64,000 nt of DNA from Eledone cirrhosa (Eukaryota). Numbering within the stretch: position 1 is the stretch's first letter; each line of letters starts with the position of its first letter. This document shows, piece after piece, positions 33,601-47,929 of the stretch. The notes under the pieces are model-generated. The model was given only the letters and a program-made list of their open reading frames with translations, did not search any database and had not been told where the DNA came from. Where the stretch lies: NCBI GenBank assembly GCA_964016885.1, contig OZ024743.1, positions 134,478,001-134,542,000 of the forward strand. Direction: 5' to 3'. The translations under genes and the position numbers were made by a program.

Positions 33601-36600
33601 AAACACCAAACAGCAAAAGCCAAATACGAAACAGCAAACACCATACAGCAAACACCAAACACCAAAAAGCAGACACCAAACAGCAAACACCAAACAGCAA
33701 ACACCAAACCCCAAACACCAAGCACCAAGCACCAACAACCAAACTCCAAGCACCAAAGACCAAGCACCAAGCACCAAGCACCAAACAACAAGCACCAAGC
33801 ACCAAGCACCAAACACCAAGCACCAAGCACCAAACACCAACCACCCAGCACCAAGCACCAAGCACCAAACACCAAGCACCAAACACCAAACACTAAACAC
33901 CAAGCACCAAGCACCAAGCACCAAACACCAAGCCCCAAGCACCAAGCACCAAACACCAAACACCAAGCACCAAGCACCAAGCACCAAGTACCAAACACCA
34001 AACACCAAGCACCAAACACCAAACACCAAGCACCAAGCACCAAGCACGAAACACCAGGCACCAAGCACCAAGCACCAAAATCCAAACACCAAGCACCAAA
34101 CACCAGCCACCAAGCACCAAGCACCAAGCACCAAGCACCAAGCACCCAATACCAAACAGCAAACACGAAACACAAAACAACAAACACCATACAGCAAACA
34201 CCAAACACCAAACAGCAGACACCAAACAGCAAACACCAAACAGCAAACACCGAACACCAAACCCCAAGCACCGAACACTAATCACCAAGCACCAAGCACC
34301 AAGCACCAAACACCAAGCGTCAAGCACCTAGCACCAAACACCAAGCACCAAGCACCAAGCACAAACACCAAACACCAAGCACCAAAGACCAAGCACCAAG
34401 CACCAAGCACCAAACAATAAGCACAAAGCACCAAGCACCAAACACCAAGCACCAAGCACCAAACATCAACCACCCAGCACCAAGCACCAAGCACCTAACA
34501 CCAAGCACCAAGCACCAAGCACCAAGCACCAAGCACCAAACAGCAAGCACCAAGCACCAAACACCAAGCCCCAAGCACCAAGCACCAAGCACCTAGCACC
34601 AAACACCAAACACCAAGCACCAAGCACCAAGCACCAAACACCAAGCACCAATCACCAAGCACCAAACACCAAGCAGCAAGCAGCAAGCACCAAACACGAA
34701 ACACCAAGCACCAAGCACCAAACACCAAACACCAAGCACCAAGGACCAAACATCAAACACCAAGCACCAAGCACCAAAAACCTAACACCAAGTACCAAGC
34801 ACCAAGCACCAAGCACCGAACACCAAGCACCAAACACCAAGCACCAAACACCAAGCACCAAGCACCAAACACCAAACACCAAGCACCAAGCACCAAGCAC
34901 CAAACACCAAGCACCAGGCACCAAGCCCCAAACATCAAGCACCATGCACCAAACACCAAACACCAAGCACCAAGTACATACACCAAGCACCAAACACCAA
35001 ACACAAAACACCAAGCACCAAGCACCAAACACCAAGCACCAAGCACCAAGTACATACACCAAGCACCAAACACCAAACACAAAACACCAAGCACCAAACA
35101 CCAAGCACCAAGCACCAAACAGCAAACCCCAAGCACCAAGCACCAAACACTAATCACCCAGCACCAAGCACCAAGCACCAAACACCAAGCACCAAGCACC
35201 AAGCACCAAGTACCAAACACCAAACACCAAGCGCCAAACACCAAACACCATGCACCAAGCACCAGGCCCCAAACACCAGGCACCAAGCACCAAGCACCAA
35301 ACACCAAACACCAAGCACCAAACACCATCCACCAAGCACCAAGCACCAAACACCAAACACCAAGCACTAAGCACCAAACACCAAACAACAAGCACCAGGC
35401 ACCAAGCACCAAACACCAAACAACAAGCACCAAGCACCAAGCACCAAACACCGAGCACCAAGCACCAAACACCAATCACCAAACACCAAACACCAAACAC
35501 CAAGCACCAAGCACCAAACACCAAACACCAAACAGCAAGCACCAAGCACCAAACACCAAGCACCAAGCAGTAAGCACCAAACACCAAACACCAAGCACCA
35601 AGCACCAAGCACCAAGCACCAAGCACCAAACACCAAGCACCAAGCACCAAACACCAAACCCCAAGCACCAAAGACCAAGCACCAAGCACCAAGGACCAAA
35701 CACCAAGCACCAAGCACCAAGCACAAAGCACCAAACACCAAGCACCAAGCACCAAACACCAAGCACCAAGCACCAAACACCAAACACCAAACACCAAGCA
35801 CCAAGCACCAAACAGCAAGCACCAAGCACCAAACACCAAGCACCAAGCACCAAACAACAAACACCAAGGACCATGCACCAAACACTAATCACCAAGCACC
35901 AAGCACCAAACACCAAACAGCAAGCACCAAACACCAAACACCAAACACCAAACACCAAACAGCAAGCACCAAACAGCAAACAGCAAACAGCAAACGCCAA
36001 GAACCAAGCACCAAGCACCAGGCACCAAACACCAAGCACCAAGCACCAAACACCAAACCCCAAGCACCAATGACCAAGCACCAAGCACCAAACACCAAAC
36101 ACCAAACAGCAAACACCAAACACCAAACAGCAAAAACCAAATACGAAACAGCAAACACCATACAGCAAACACCAAACACCAAAAAGCAGACACCAAACAG
36201 CAAACACCAGGCACCAAGCTCCAAACACCAAACACCAAGCACCAAGCACCAAACACCAAACACCAAGACACGCAGCATCAAACACCAATCACCAAGCACC
36301 AAGCACCAAACACCAAGCACCAAGCACCAAGCACCAAGTACCAAACACCAAACACCAAGCACCAAACACCAAACACCAAGCACCAAGCACCAAGCACGAA
36401 ACACCAGGCACCAAGCACCAAGCACCAAAATCCAAACACCAAGCACCAAACACCAGCCACCAAGCACCAAGCACCAAACACCAAACACCAAACACCAAAC
36501 ACCAAACACCAAACACCAAGCACCAAGCACCAACCACCAAACTCCAAGCACCAAAGACCAAGCACCAAGCACCAAGCACCAAACAACAAGCACCAAGCAC

Positions 36601-37700
36601 CAAGCACCAAACACCAAGCACCAAGCACCAAACACCAACCACCCAGCACCAAGCACCAAGCACCAAACACCAAGCACCAAACACCAAACACTAAACACCA
36701 AGCTCCAAGCACCAAGCACCAGACACCAAGCACCAAGCACCAAACACCAAACACCAAGCACCAAAGACCAAACACCAAGCACCAAGGACCCAACATCAAA
36801 CACCAAGCACCAAGCACCAAACACCAAACACCAAGCCTCAAGCACCAAGCACCAAGCACCGAACACCAAGCCCCAAACACCAAGCACCAAACACCAAGCA
36901 CCAAACACCAAACACTAAGTCCAACGCACCAAGCACCAAACACCAAACAGCAAGCACCAAGCACCAAACACCAAGCACCAAGCACAAAACACCAAGCACC
37001 AATCACCAAGCACCAAACACCAAGCAGCAAGCACCAAACACCAAACACCAAGCACCAAGAACCAAACACCAAACACCAAGCACCAAGCACCAAACATCAA
37101 ACACCAAGCACCAAGCACCAAACACCTAACACCAAGCACCAAGCACCAAGCACCAAGCACCAAACACCAAGCACCAATCACCAAACACCAAGCACCAAGC
37201 ACCAAACACCAAGCACCAGGCACCAAGCACCAAACACCAAGCACCAAGCACCAAACACCAAGCACCAAGACCGAAGCACCAAACACCAACACTAAACTCC
37301 AAACACAAAACACCAAGCACCAAGCAGCAAGCACCAAACACCAAACACCAAGCACCAAGCACCAAACACCAAACACCAAGCACCAGGGACCAAACATCAA
37401 ACACCAAGCACCAAGCACCAAACACCTAACACCAAGCACCAACCACCAAGCACCAAGCACCAAACACCAAGCACCAAGCACCAAACACCAAGCACTAAGC
37501 ACCAAACACCAAGCACCAAGCACCAAGCACCAAACACCAAGCACCAAACACCAAACACCAAAAAACAAGCACCAGGCACCAAACAACAAGCACCAGGCAC
37601 CAAGCTCCAAACACCAAACACCAAGCACCAAGCACCAAACACCAAACACCAAGACACGCAGCATCAAACACCAATCACCAAGCACCAAGCACCAAACACC
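21400..37700 (+). repeat. Super-repeat of about 10.1-10.2 kb: ~21400-27600 recurs at ~31560-37700
   Basis: ORF twins 21779/31944 (+10165), 22979/33172 and 24089/34282 (+10193), 25720/35885 (+10165) and 27052/37126 (+10074). The offsets differ by multiples of 7. Confidence 0.82.
24899..32044 (+). repeat. Tandem duplication, period 3558 bp (copies ~24899-28456 and ~28457-32044), each copy containing an internal 330-bp duplication
   Basis: ORF twins 24957/28515, 25708/29266, 26841/30399 and 28225/31783 are all +3558 with matching translations. Internal twins 27323/27653 and 30881/31211 are +330. Confidence 0.9.
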
Positions 37701-38966
37701 AAGCACCAAGCACCAAGCACCAAGTACCAAACACCAAACACCAAGCACCAAACACCAAACACCAAGCACCAAGCACCAAGCACGAAACACCAGGCACCAA
37801 GCACCAAGCACCAAAATCCAAACACCAAGCACCAAACACCAGCCACCAAGCACCAAGCACCAAACACCAAACAGCAAACACCAAACAGCAAACACCAAAC
37901 AGCAAACAGCAAATAGCAAACGCCAAACACCAAGCACCAAGCACCAATCACCAAGCAGCAAGCACCAAACACCAAACACCAAGCACCAAGCACCAAGCAC
38001 CAAACACCAAGCACCAAGCACCAAGCACCAAACACCAAACCCCAAGCAGCAAAGACCAAGCACCAAGCACCAAGGACCAAACACCAAGCACCAAGCACCA
38101 AACACCAAACACCAAACACCAAGCACCAACCACCAAACAGCAAGCACCAAGCACCAAACACCAAGCACCAAACACCAAACAACAAACACCAAGGACCATG
38201 CACCAAACACTAATCACCAAGCACCAAGTACCAAACACCAAACAGCAAGCACCAAACACCAAACACCAAACACCAAACACCAAACAGCAAGCACCAAACA
38301 CCAAACAGCAAACAGCAAATGCCAAACACCAAGCACCAAGCACCAAGTACCAAACACCAAGCACCAAGCACCAAGCATTAAACATCAAACACCAAGCACC
38401 AAGCACCAGGCACCAAACACCAAGCACCAAGCACCAAACACCAAACCCCAAGCAGCAAAGACCAAGCACCAAGCACCAAGGACCAAACACCAAGCACCAA
38501 GCACCAAGCACCAAGTACCAAACACCAAACACCAAGCACCAAATACCAAACAACAAGCACCAAGCACCAGGCACCAAACACCAGGCACCAAGCACCAAGC
38601 ACCAAACACCAAACACCAAACACCAAGCACCAACCACCAGCCACCAAGCACCAAGCACCCAACACCAAACACCAAGCACTAAGCACCAAACACCAAACAA
38701 CAAGCACCAGGCACCAAGCACCAAACACCAAACACCAAGCACCAAGCACCAAGCACCAAACACCAAGCACCATGCACCAAATGCCAAACACCAAGCAGCA
38801 AGCACAAAGCACAAAAACCAAACACCAAGCACGCAGCATCAAACAACAAACACCAAACACCAAACAGCATAAACCAAATACGAAACAGCAAACACCATAC
38901 AGCAAACACCAAACACCAAAAAGCAGACACCAAACAGCAAACACCAAACAGCAAACACCAAACACC

Positions 38967-41900
38967 AAACACCAAGCACCAAGCACCAACCACCAAACTC
39001 CAAGCACCAAAGACCAAGCACCAAGCACCAAGCACCAAACAACAAGCACCAAGCACCAAGCACCAAACACCAAGCACCAAGCACCAAGCACCAAACACCA
39101 ACCACCCAGCACCAAGCACCAAGCACCAAACACCAAGCACCAAACACCAAACACTAAACACCAAGCACCAAGCACCAAGCACCAAACACCAAACACCAAA
39201 CACTAAACACCAAACAGCAAACACCAAATACGAAACAGCAAACACCTTACAGCAAACACCAAATACCAAAAAGCAGACACCAAACAGCAAACACCAAACA
39301 CCAAGCACTAAGCACAAAACACCAAACCCCAAGCATCAAGCACCAAACACTAATCACCAAGCACCAACCACCAAACACCAAGCACCAAGCACCAAGCACC
39401 AAACACCAAGCACCAAGCACCAAGCACCAAACACCAAACACCAAGCACCAAAGACCAAGCACCAAGCACCAAACAACAAGCACCAAGCACCAAGCACCAA
39501 ACACCAAGCACCAAGCACAAAACACCAACCAACCAGCACCAAGCACCAAGCACCAAACAGCAAGCACCAAACACCAAACAGCAAACAGCAAACTCCAAAC
39601 ACCAAGCACCAAGCACCAAACACCAAGCACCAAGCACCAAGCATTAAACACCAAACAGCAAACACCAAACACGAAACAGCAAACACCATACAGCAAACAC
39701 CAAACACCAAACACCAAGCACCAAACACCAAACCCCAAGCACCAAGCACCAAACACTAATAACCAAGCACCAAGCACCAAGCACCAAACACCAAGCACCA
39801 AGCACCAAGCACCAAACACCAAGCACCAAGCACCAAGCACCAATCACCAAACAATAAGCACCAAGCACCAAGCACCAAACACCAAGCAACAAGCACCAAA
39901 CACCAACCACCCAGCAACAAGCACCAAGCACAAAACACCAAGTACCAAACACCAAACACCAAACACCAAGCACCAAGCACCAAGCACCAAACACCAAGCA
40001 CCAAACACCAAGCACCAAACACCAAGCCCCAAGCACCAAGCACCAAACACCAAACACCAAGCACCAAGCACCAAACACCAAGCACCAAGCACCAAGCACC
40101 AAGCACCAATCACCAAGCACCAAACACCAAGCAGCAAGCAGCAAGCACCAAACACGAAACACCAAGCACCAAGCACCAAACACCAAACACCAAGCACCAA
40201 GGACCAAACATCAAACACCAAGCACCAAGCACCAAACACCTAACACCAAGCACCAAGCACCAAGCACCAAGCACCGAACACCAAGCACCAAACACCTAGC
40301 ACCAAACACCAAGCACCAAGCACCAAACACCAAAGACCAAGCAGCAAGCACCTAGCACCAAACACAAAGCACCAGGCACCAAGCCCCAAACACCAAGCAC
40401 CATGCACCAAACACCAAGCACCAAGCACGAAGCACCAAACACCAAGCACCAAGCACCAAACACTTAACACCAAGCAACAGGCACCAAGCACCAAACACCA
40501 AGCACCAAACACCAAACCCAAGCACCAAACACCAAGCACCAAGCACCAAACACCAAGCACCAAGCACCAAGCACCAAACACCAAGAACCAAGCACCAAAC
40601 ACCAAGCACCAAGCACCAAGTACATACACCAAGCACCAAACACCAAACAGCAAACACCAAGCACCAAGCAACAAGCATCAATCACCAAGCTTCACACACC
40701 AAACACCAAGTACCAAGCACCAAACACCAAACACCAAGCACCAAACACCAAACACCAAGCACCAAGCACCAAACACCAAGCACCAAACACCAAACACCAA
40801 ACACCAAACAGCAAACACCTAATACGAAACAGCAAACACCATACAGCAAACACCAAATACCAAAAAGCAGACACCAAACGGCAAACACCAAACACCAAGC
40901 ACTAAGCACAAAACACCAAACCCCAAGCATCAAGCACCAAACACTAATCACCAAGCACCAACCACCAAACACCAAGCACCAAGCACCAAGCACCAAACAC
41001 CAAGCACCAAGCACCAAGCACCAAACACCAAACACCAAGCACCAAACAACAAGCACCAAGCACCAAGCACCAAACACCAAGCACCACGCACCAAACATCA
41101 ACCAACCAGCACCAAGCACCAAGCACCAAACAGCAAGCACCAAACAACAAACAGCAAACAGCAAACGCCAAACACCAAACACCAAGCACCAAACACCAAG
41201 CACCAAGCACCAAGCATTAAACACCAAACAGCAAACACCAAACACGAAACAGCAAACACCATACAGCAAACACCAAACACCAAACACCTAGCACCAAACA
41301 CCAAACCCCAAGCACCAAGCACCAAACACTAATAACCAAGCACCAAGCACCAAGCACCAAACACCAAGCACCAAACACCAAACACCAAACACCAAGCACC
41401 AAGCACCAAGCACCAATCACCAAACAATAAGCACCAAGCACCAAGCACCAAACACCAAGCACCAAGCACCAAACACCAACCACCCAGCAACAAGCACCAA
41501 GCACAAAACACCAAGCACCAAACACCAAACACCAAACACCAAGCACCAAGCACCAAGCACCAAACACCAAGCACCAAGCACCAAGCACCAAACACCAGGC
41601 CCCAAGCATCAAGCACCAAACACCAAACACCAAGCACCAAGCACCAAACACCAAGCACCAAGCACCAAGCACATAGCACGAAACACCAAACACCAAGCAC
41701 CAAGCACCAAACACCAAGCACCAATCACCAAGCACCAAACACCAAGCAGCAAGCAGCAAGCACCAAACACGAAACACCAAGCACCAAGCACCAAACACCA
41801 AACACCAAGCACCAAGGACCAAACATCAAACACCAAGCACCAAGCACCAAACACCTAACACCAAGCACCAAGCACCAAGCACCAAGCACCGAACACCAAG

Positions 41901-44900
41901 CACCAAACACCTAGCACCAAACACCAAGCACCAAGCACCAAACACCAAAGACCAAGCACCAAGCACCTAGCACCAAACACAAAGCACCAGGCACCAAGCC
42001 CCAAACACCAAGCACCATGCACCAAACACCAAGCACCAAGCACGAAGCACCAAACACCAAGCACCAAGCACCAAACACTTAACACCAAGCACCAAGCACC
42101 AAGCACCAAACACCAAGCACCAAACACCAAACACCAAGCACCAAACACCAAGCACGAAGCACCAAACACCAAGCACCAAGCACCAAGCACCAAACACCAA
42201 GAACCAAGCACCAAACACCAAGAACCAAGCACCAAACACCAAGCACCAAGTACATACACCAAGCACCAAACACCAAACACAAAACACCAAGCACCAAGCA
42301 ACAAGCATCAAACACCAAGCATCACACACCAAACACCAAGTACCAAGCACCAAACACCAAACACCAAGCACCAAGCACCAAACACCAAGCACCCAGCACC
42401 AAACACCAAGCACAAAGCACCAAGCACCAAACACCAAGCACCAATCACCAAACACCAAGCACCAAGCACCAAACACCAAACACCAAGCACCAAGCACCAA
42501 ACACCAAAACCCAAACACTAGACACCAAGCACGAAACACCAAACACCAAACACCAAGCACCAAGCACCAAACACTAATCACCAAGCACCAAGCACCAAAC
42601 AACAAGCACCAAGCACCAAGCACCAGGCACCAAGCATCAAGCACCAAACACAGAACACCAAGCACCAAGCACCAAGCACCAAGCAGCAAAAACCAAGCAT
42701 CAAACACCAAACACCAAACACCAAGCACCAAACACCAAACACCAAGCACTAAGCACCAAACACAAAACACCAAGCACCAAGCACCAAACACCAAACACCA
42801 ACACCAAGCACCAAGCACCAAACACCAAACACCAAGCACCAAACACCAGACACCAAGCACCAAACACCAAACACCAAGCACCAAGTACCAAACACCAAAC
42901 ACCAAACACCAAGCACCAAGCACCAGGCACCAAACACCAAGCACCAAACACCAAACACCAAACACCAAACAGCAAACACCAAATACGAAACAGCAAACAC
43001 CATACAGCAAACACCAAATACCAAAAAGCAGACACCAAACAGCAAACACCAAACACCAAACACCAAGCACCAAGTACCAAACACCAAACAACAAGCACCA
43101 GGCACCAAGCACCAAACACCAAACACCAAACGCCAAACACCAAGCACCAGGCACCAAACACCAAGCACCAAACACCAAACACCAAACACCAAACAGCAAA
43201 CACCAAATACGAAACAGCAAACACCATACAGCAAACACCAAATACCAAAAAGCAGACACCAAACAGCAAACACCAAACACCAAACACCAAGCACTAAGCA
43301 CAAAACACCAAGCACCAAGCACCAACCACCAAACTCCAAGCACCAAAGACCAAGCACCAAGCACCAAGCACCAAACAACAAGCACCAAGCACCAAGCACC
43401 AAACACCAAGCACCAAGCACCAAGCACCAAACACCAACCACCCAGCACCAAGCACCAAGCACCAAACACCAAGCACCAAACACCAAACACTAAACACCAA
43501 GCACCAAGCACCAAGCACCAAACACCAAACACCAAACACTAAACACCAAACAGCAAACACCAAATACGAAACAGCAAACACCTTACAGCAAACACCAAAT
43601 ACCAAAAAGCAGACACCAAACAGCAAACACCAAACACCAAGCACTAAGCACAAAACACCAAACCCCAAGCATCAAGCACCAAACACTAATCACCAAGCAC
43701 CAACCACCAAACACCAAGCACCAAGCACCAAGCACCAAACACCAAGCACCAAGCACCAAGCACCAAACACCAAACACCAAGCACCAAAGACCAAGCACCA
43801 AGCACCAAACAACAAGCACCAAGCACCAAGCACCAAACACCAAGCACCAAGCACAAAACACCAACCAACCAGCACCAAGCACCAAGCACCAAACAGCAAG
43901 CACCAAACACCAAACAGCAAACAGCAAACTCCAAACACCAAGCACCAAGCACCAAACACCAAGCACCAAGCACCAAGCATTAAACACCAAACAGCAAACA
44001 CCAAACACGAAACAGCAAACACCATACAGCAAACACCAAACACCAAACACCAAGCACCAAACACCAAACCCCAAGCACCAAGCACCAAACACTAATAACC
44101 AAGCACCAAGCACCAAGCACCAAACACCAAGCACCAAGCACCAAGCACCAAACACCAAGCACCAAGCACCAAGCACCAATCACCAAACAATAAGCACCAA
44201 GCACCAAGCACCAAACACCAAGCAACAAGCACCAAACACCAACCACCCAGCAACAAGCACCAAGCACAAAACACCAAGCACCAAACACCAAACACCAAAC
44301 ACCAAGCACCAAGCACCAAGCACCAAACACCAAGCACCAAACACCAAGCACCAAACACCAAGCCCCAAGCACCAAGCACCAAACACCAAACACCAAGCAC
44401 CAAGCACCAAACACCAAGCACCAAGCACCAAGCACCAAGCACCAATCACCAAGCACCAAACACCAAGCAGCAAGCAGCAAGCACCAAACACGAAACACCA
44501 AGCACCAAGCACCAAACACCAAACACCAAGCACCAAGGACCAAACATCAAACACCAAGCACCAAGCACCAAACACCTAACACCAAGCACCAAGCACCAAG
44601 CACCAAGCACCGAACACCAAGCACCAAACACCTAGCACCAAACACCAAGCACCAAGCACCAAACACCAAAGACCAAGCAGCAAGCACCTAGCACCAAACA
44701 CAAAGCACCAGGCACCAAGCCCCAAACACCAAGCACCATGCACCAAACACCAAGCACCAAGCACGAAGCACCAAACACCAAGCACCAAGCACCAAACACT
44801 TAACACCAAGCAACAGGCACCAAGCACCAAACACCAAGCACCAAACACCAAACCCAAGCACCAAACACCAAGCACCAAGCACCAAACACCAAGCACCAAG

Positions 44901-47626
44901 CACCAAGCACCAAACACCAAGAACCAAGCACCAAACACCAAGCACCAAGCACCAAGTACATACACCAAGCACCAAACACCAAACAGCAAACACCAAGCAC
45001 CAAGCAACAAGCATCAATCACCAAGCTTCACACACCAAACACCAAGTACCAAGCACCAAACACCAAACACCAAGCACCAAACACCAAACACCAAGCACCA
45101 AGCACCAAACACCAAGCACCAAACACCAAACACCAAACACCAAACAGCAAACACCTAATACGAAACAGCAAACACCATACAGCAAACACCAAATACCTAA
45201 AAGCAGACACCAAACGGCAAACACCAAACACCAAGCACTAAGCACAAAACACCAAACCCCAAGCATCAAGCACCAAACACTAATCACCAAGCACCAACCA
45301 CCAAACACCAAGCACCAAGCACCAAGCACCAAACACCAAGCACCAAGCACCAAGCACCAAACACCAAACACCAAGCACCAAACAACAAGCACCAAGCACC
45401 AAGCACCAAACACCAAGCACCACGCACCAAACATCAACCAACCAGCACCAAGCACCAAGCACCAAACAGCAAGCACCAAACAACAAACAGCAAACAGCAA
45501 ACGCCAAACACCAAACACCAAGCACCAAACACCAAGCACCAAGCACCAAGCATTAAACACCAAACAGCAAACACCAAACACGAAACAGCAAACACCATAC
45601 AGCAAACACCAAACACCAAACACCTAGCACCAAACACCAAACCCCAAGCACCAAGCACCAAACACTAATAACCAAGCACCAAGCACCAAGCACCAAACAC
45701 CAAGCACCAAACACCAAACACCAAACACCAAGCACCAAGCACCAAGCACCAATCACCAAACAATAAGCACCAAGCACCAAGCACCAAACACCAAGCACCA
45801 AGCACCAAACACCAACCACCCAGCAACAAGCACCAAGCACAAAACACCAAGCACCAAACACCAAACACCAAACACCAAGCACCAAGCACCAAGCACCAAA
45901 CACCAAGCACCAAGCACCAAGCACCAAACACCAGGCCCCAAGCATCAAGCACCAAACACCAAACACCAAGCACCAAGTACCAAACACCAAGCACCAAGCA
46001 CCAAGCACATAGCACGAAACACCAAACACCAAGCACCAAGCACCAAACACCAAGCACCAATCACCAAGCACCAAACACCAAGCAGCAAGCAGCAAGCACC
46101 AAACACGAAACACCAAGCACCAAGCACCAAACACCAAACACCAAGCACCAAGGACCAAACATCAAACACCAAGCACCAAGCACCAAACACCTAACACCAA
46201 GCACCAAGCACCAAGCACCAAGCACCGAACACCAAGCACCAAACACCTAGCACCAAACACCAAGCACCAAGCACCAAACACCAAAGACCAAGCACCAAGC
46301 ACCTAGCACCAAACACAAAGCACCAGGCACCAAGCCCCAAACACCAAGCACCATGCACCAAACACCAAGCACCAAGCACGAAGCACCAAACACCAAGCAC
46401 CAAGCACCAAACACTTAACACCAAGCACCAAGCACCAAGCACCAAACACCAAGCACCAAACACCAAACACCAAGCACCAAACACCAAGCACCAAGCACCA
46501 AACACCAAGCACCAAGCACCAAGCACCAAACACCAAGAACCAAGCACCAAACACCAAGCACCAAGTACATACACCAAGCACCAAACACCAAACACAAAAC
46601 ACCAAGCACCAAGCAACAAGCATCAAACACCAAGCATCACACACCAAACACCAAGTACCAAGCACCAAACACCAAACACCAAGCACCAAGCACCAAACAC
46701 CAAGCACCCAGCACCAAACACCAAGCACAAAGCACCAAGCACCAAACACCAAGCACCAATCACCAAACACCAAGCACCAAGCACCAAACACCAAACACCA
46801 AGCACCAAGCACCAAACACCAAAACCCAAACACTAGACACCAAGCACGAAACACCAAACACCAAACACCAAGCACCAAGCACCAAACACTAATCACCAAG
46901 CACCAAGCACCAAACAACAAGCACCAAGCACCAAGCACCAGGCACCAAGCATCAAGCACCAAACACAGAACACCAAGCACCAAGCACCAAGCACCAAGCA
47001 GCAAAAACCAAGCATCAAACACCAAACACCAAACACCAAGCACCAAACACCAAACACCAAGCACTAAGCACCAAACACAAAACACCAAGCACCAAGCACC
47101 AAACACCAAACACCAACACCAAGCACCAAGCACCAAACACCAAACACCAAGCACCAAACACCAGACACCAAGCACCAAACACCAAACACCAAGCACCAAG
47201 TACCAAACACCAAACACCAAACACCAAGCACCAAGCACCAGGCACCAAACACCAAGCACCAAACACCAAACACCAAACACCAAACAGCAAACACCAAATA
47301 CGAAACAGCAAACACCATACAGCAAACACCAAATACCAAAAAGCAGACACCAAACAGCAAACACCAAACACCAAACACCAAGCACCAAGTACCAAACACC
47401 AAACAACAAGCACCAGGCACCAAGCACCAAACACCAAACACCAAACGCCAAACACCAAGCACCAGGCACCAAACACCAAGCACCAAACACCAAACACCAA
47501 ACACCAAACAGCAAACACCAAATACGAAACAGCAAACACCATACAGCAAACACCAAATACCAAAAAGCAGACACCAAACAGCAAACACCAAACACCAAAC
47601 ACCAAGCACTAAGCACAAAACACCAA
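38967..47626 (+). repeat. Tandem duplication, period 4336 bp (4315 after a 3-unit deletion), itself containing an older diverged ~1.6-kb dimer and a 224-bp dimer
   Basis: AAGCTT at 40687/45023. ORF twins 39247/43583 and 41855/46191 (+4336), 42308/46623 and 42700/47015 (+4315). Internal offsets 39350/40944 and 40110/41725. TACGAAA at 42984/43208 and 47299/47523. Confidence 0.9.
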
Positions 47627-47929
47627 ACCCCAAGCACCAAGCACCAAACACTAATCACCAAGCACCAAGCACCAAACACCAAGCACCAAGCACCAAGCAC
47701 CAATCACCAAACACCAAACACCAGGCACCAAAGTCCAAGCACCAAGCACCAAACAACAAGCACCAAGCACCAAGCACCAAACACCAAGCACCAAGCACCA
47801 AACACCAACCACCCAGCACCAAGCACCAAGCACCAAACACCAAGCACCAAACAGCAACCACCAAAGAGCAAGCACCAAGCACCAAGCACCAAACACCAAG
47901 CACCAAGCACCAAGCACCAAACACCAAGC

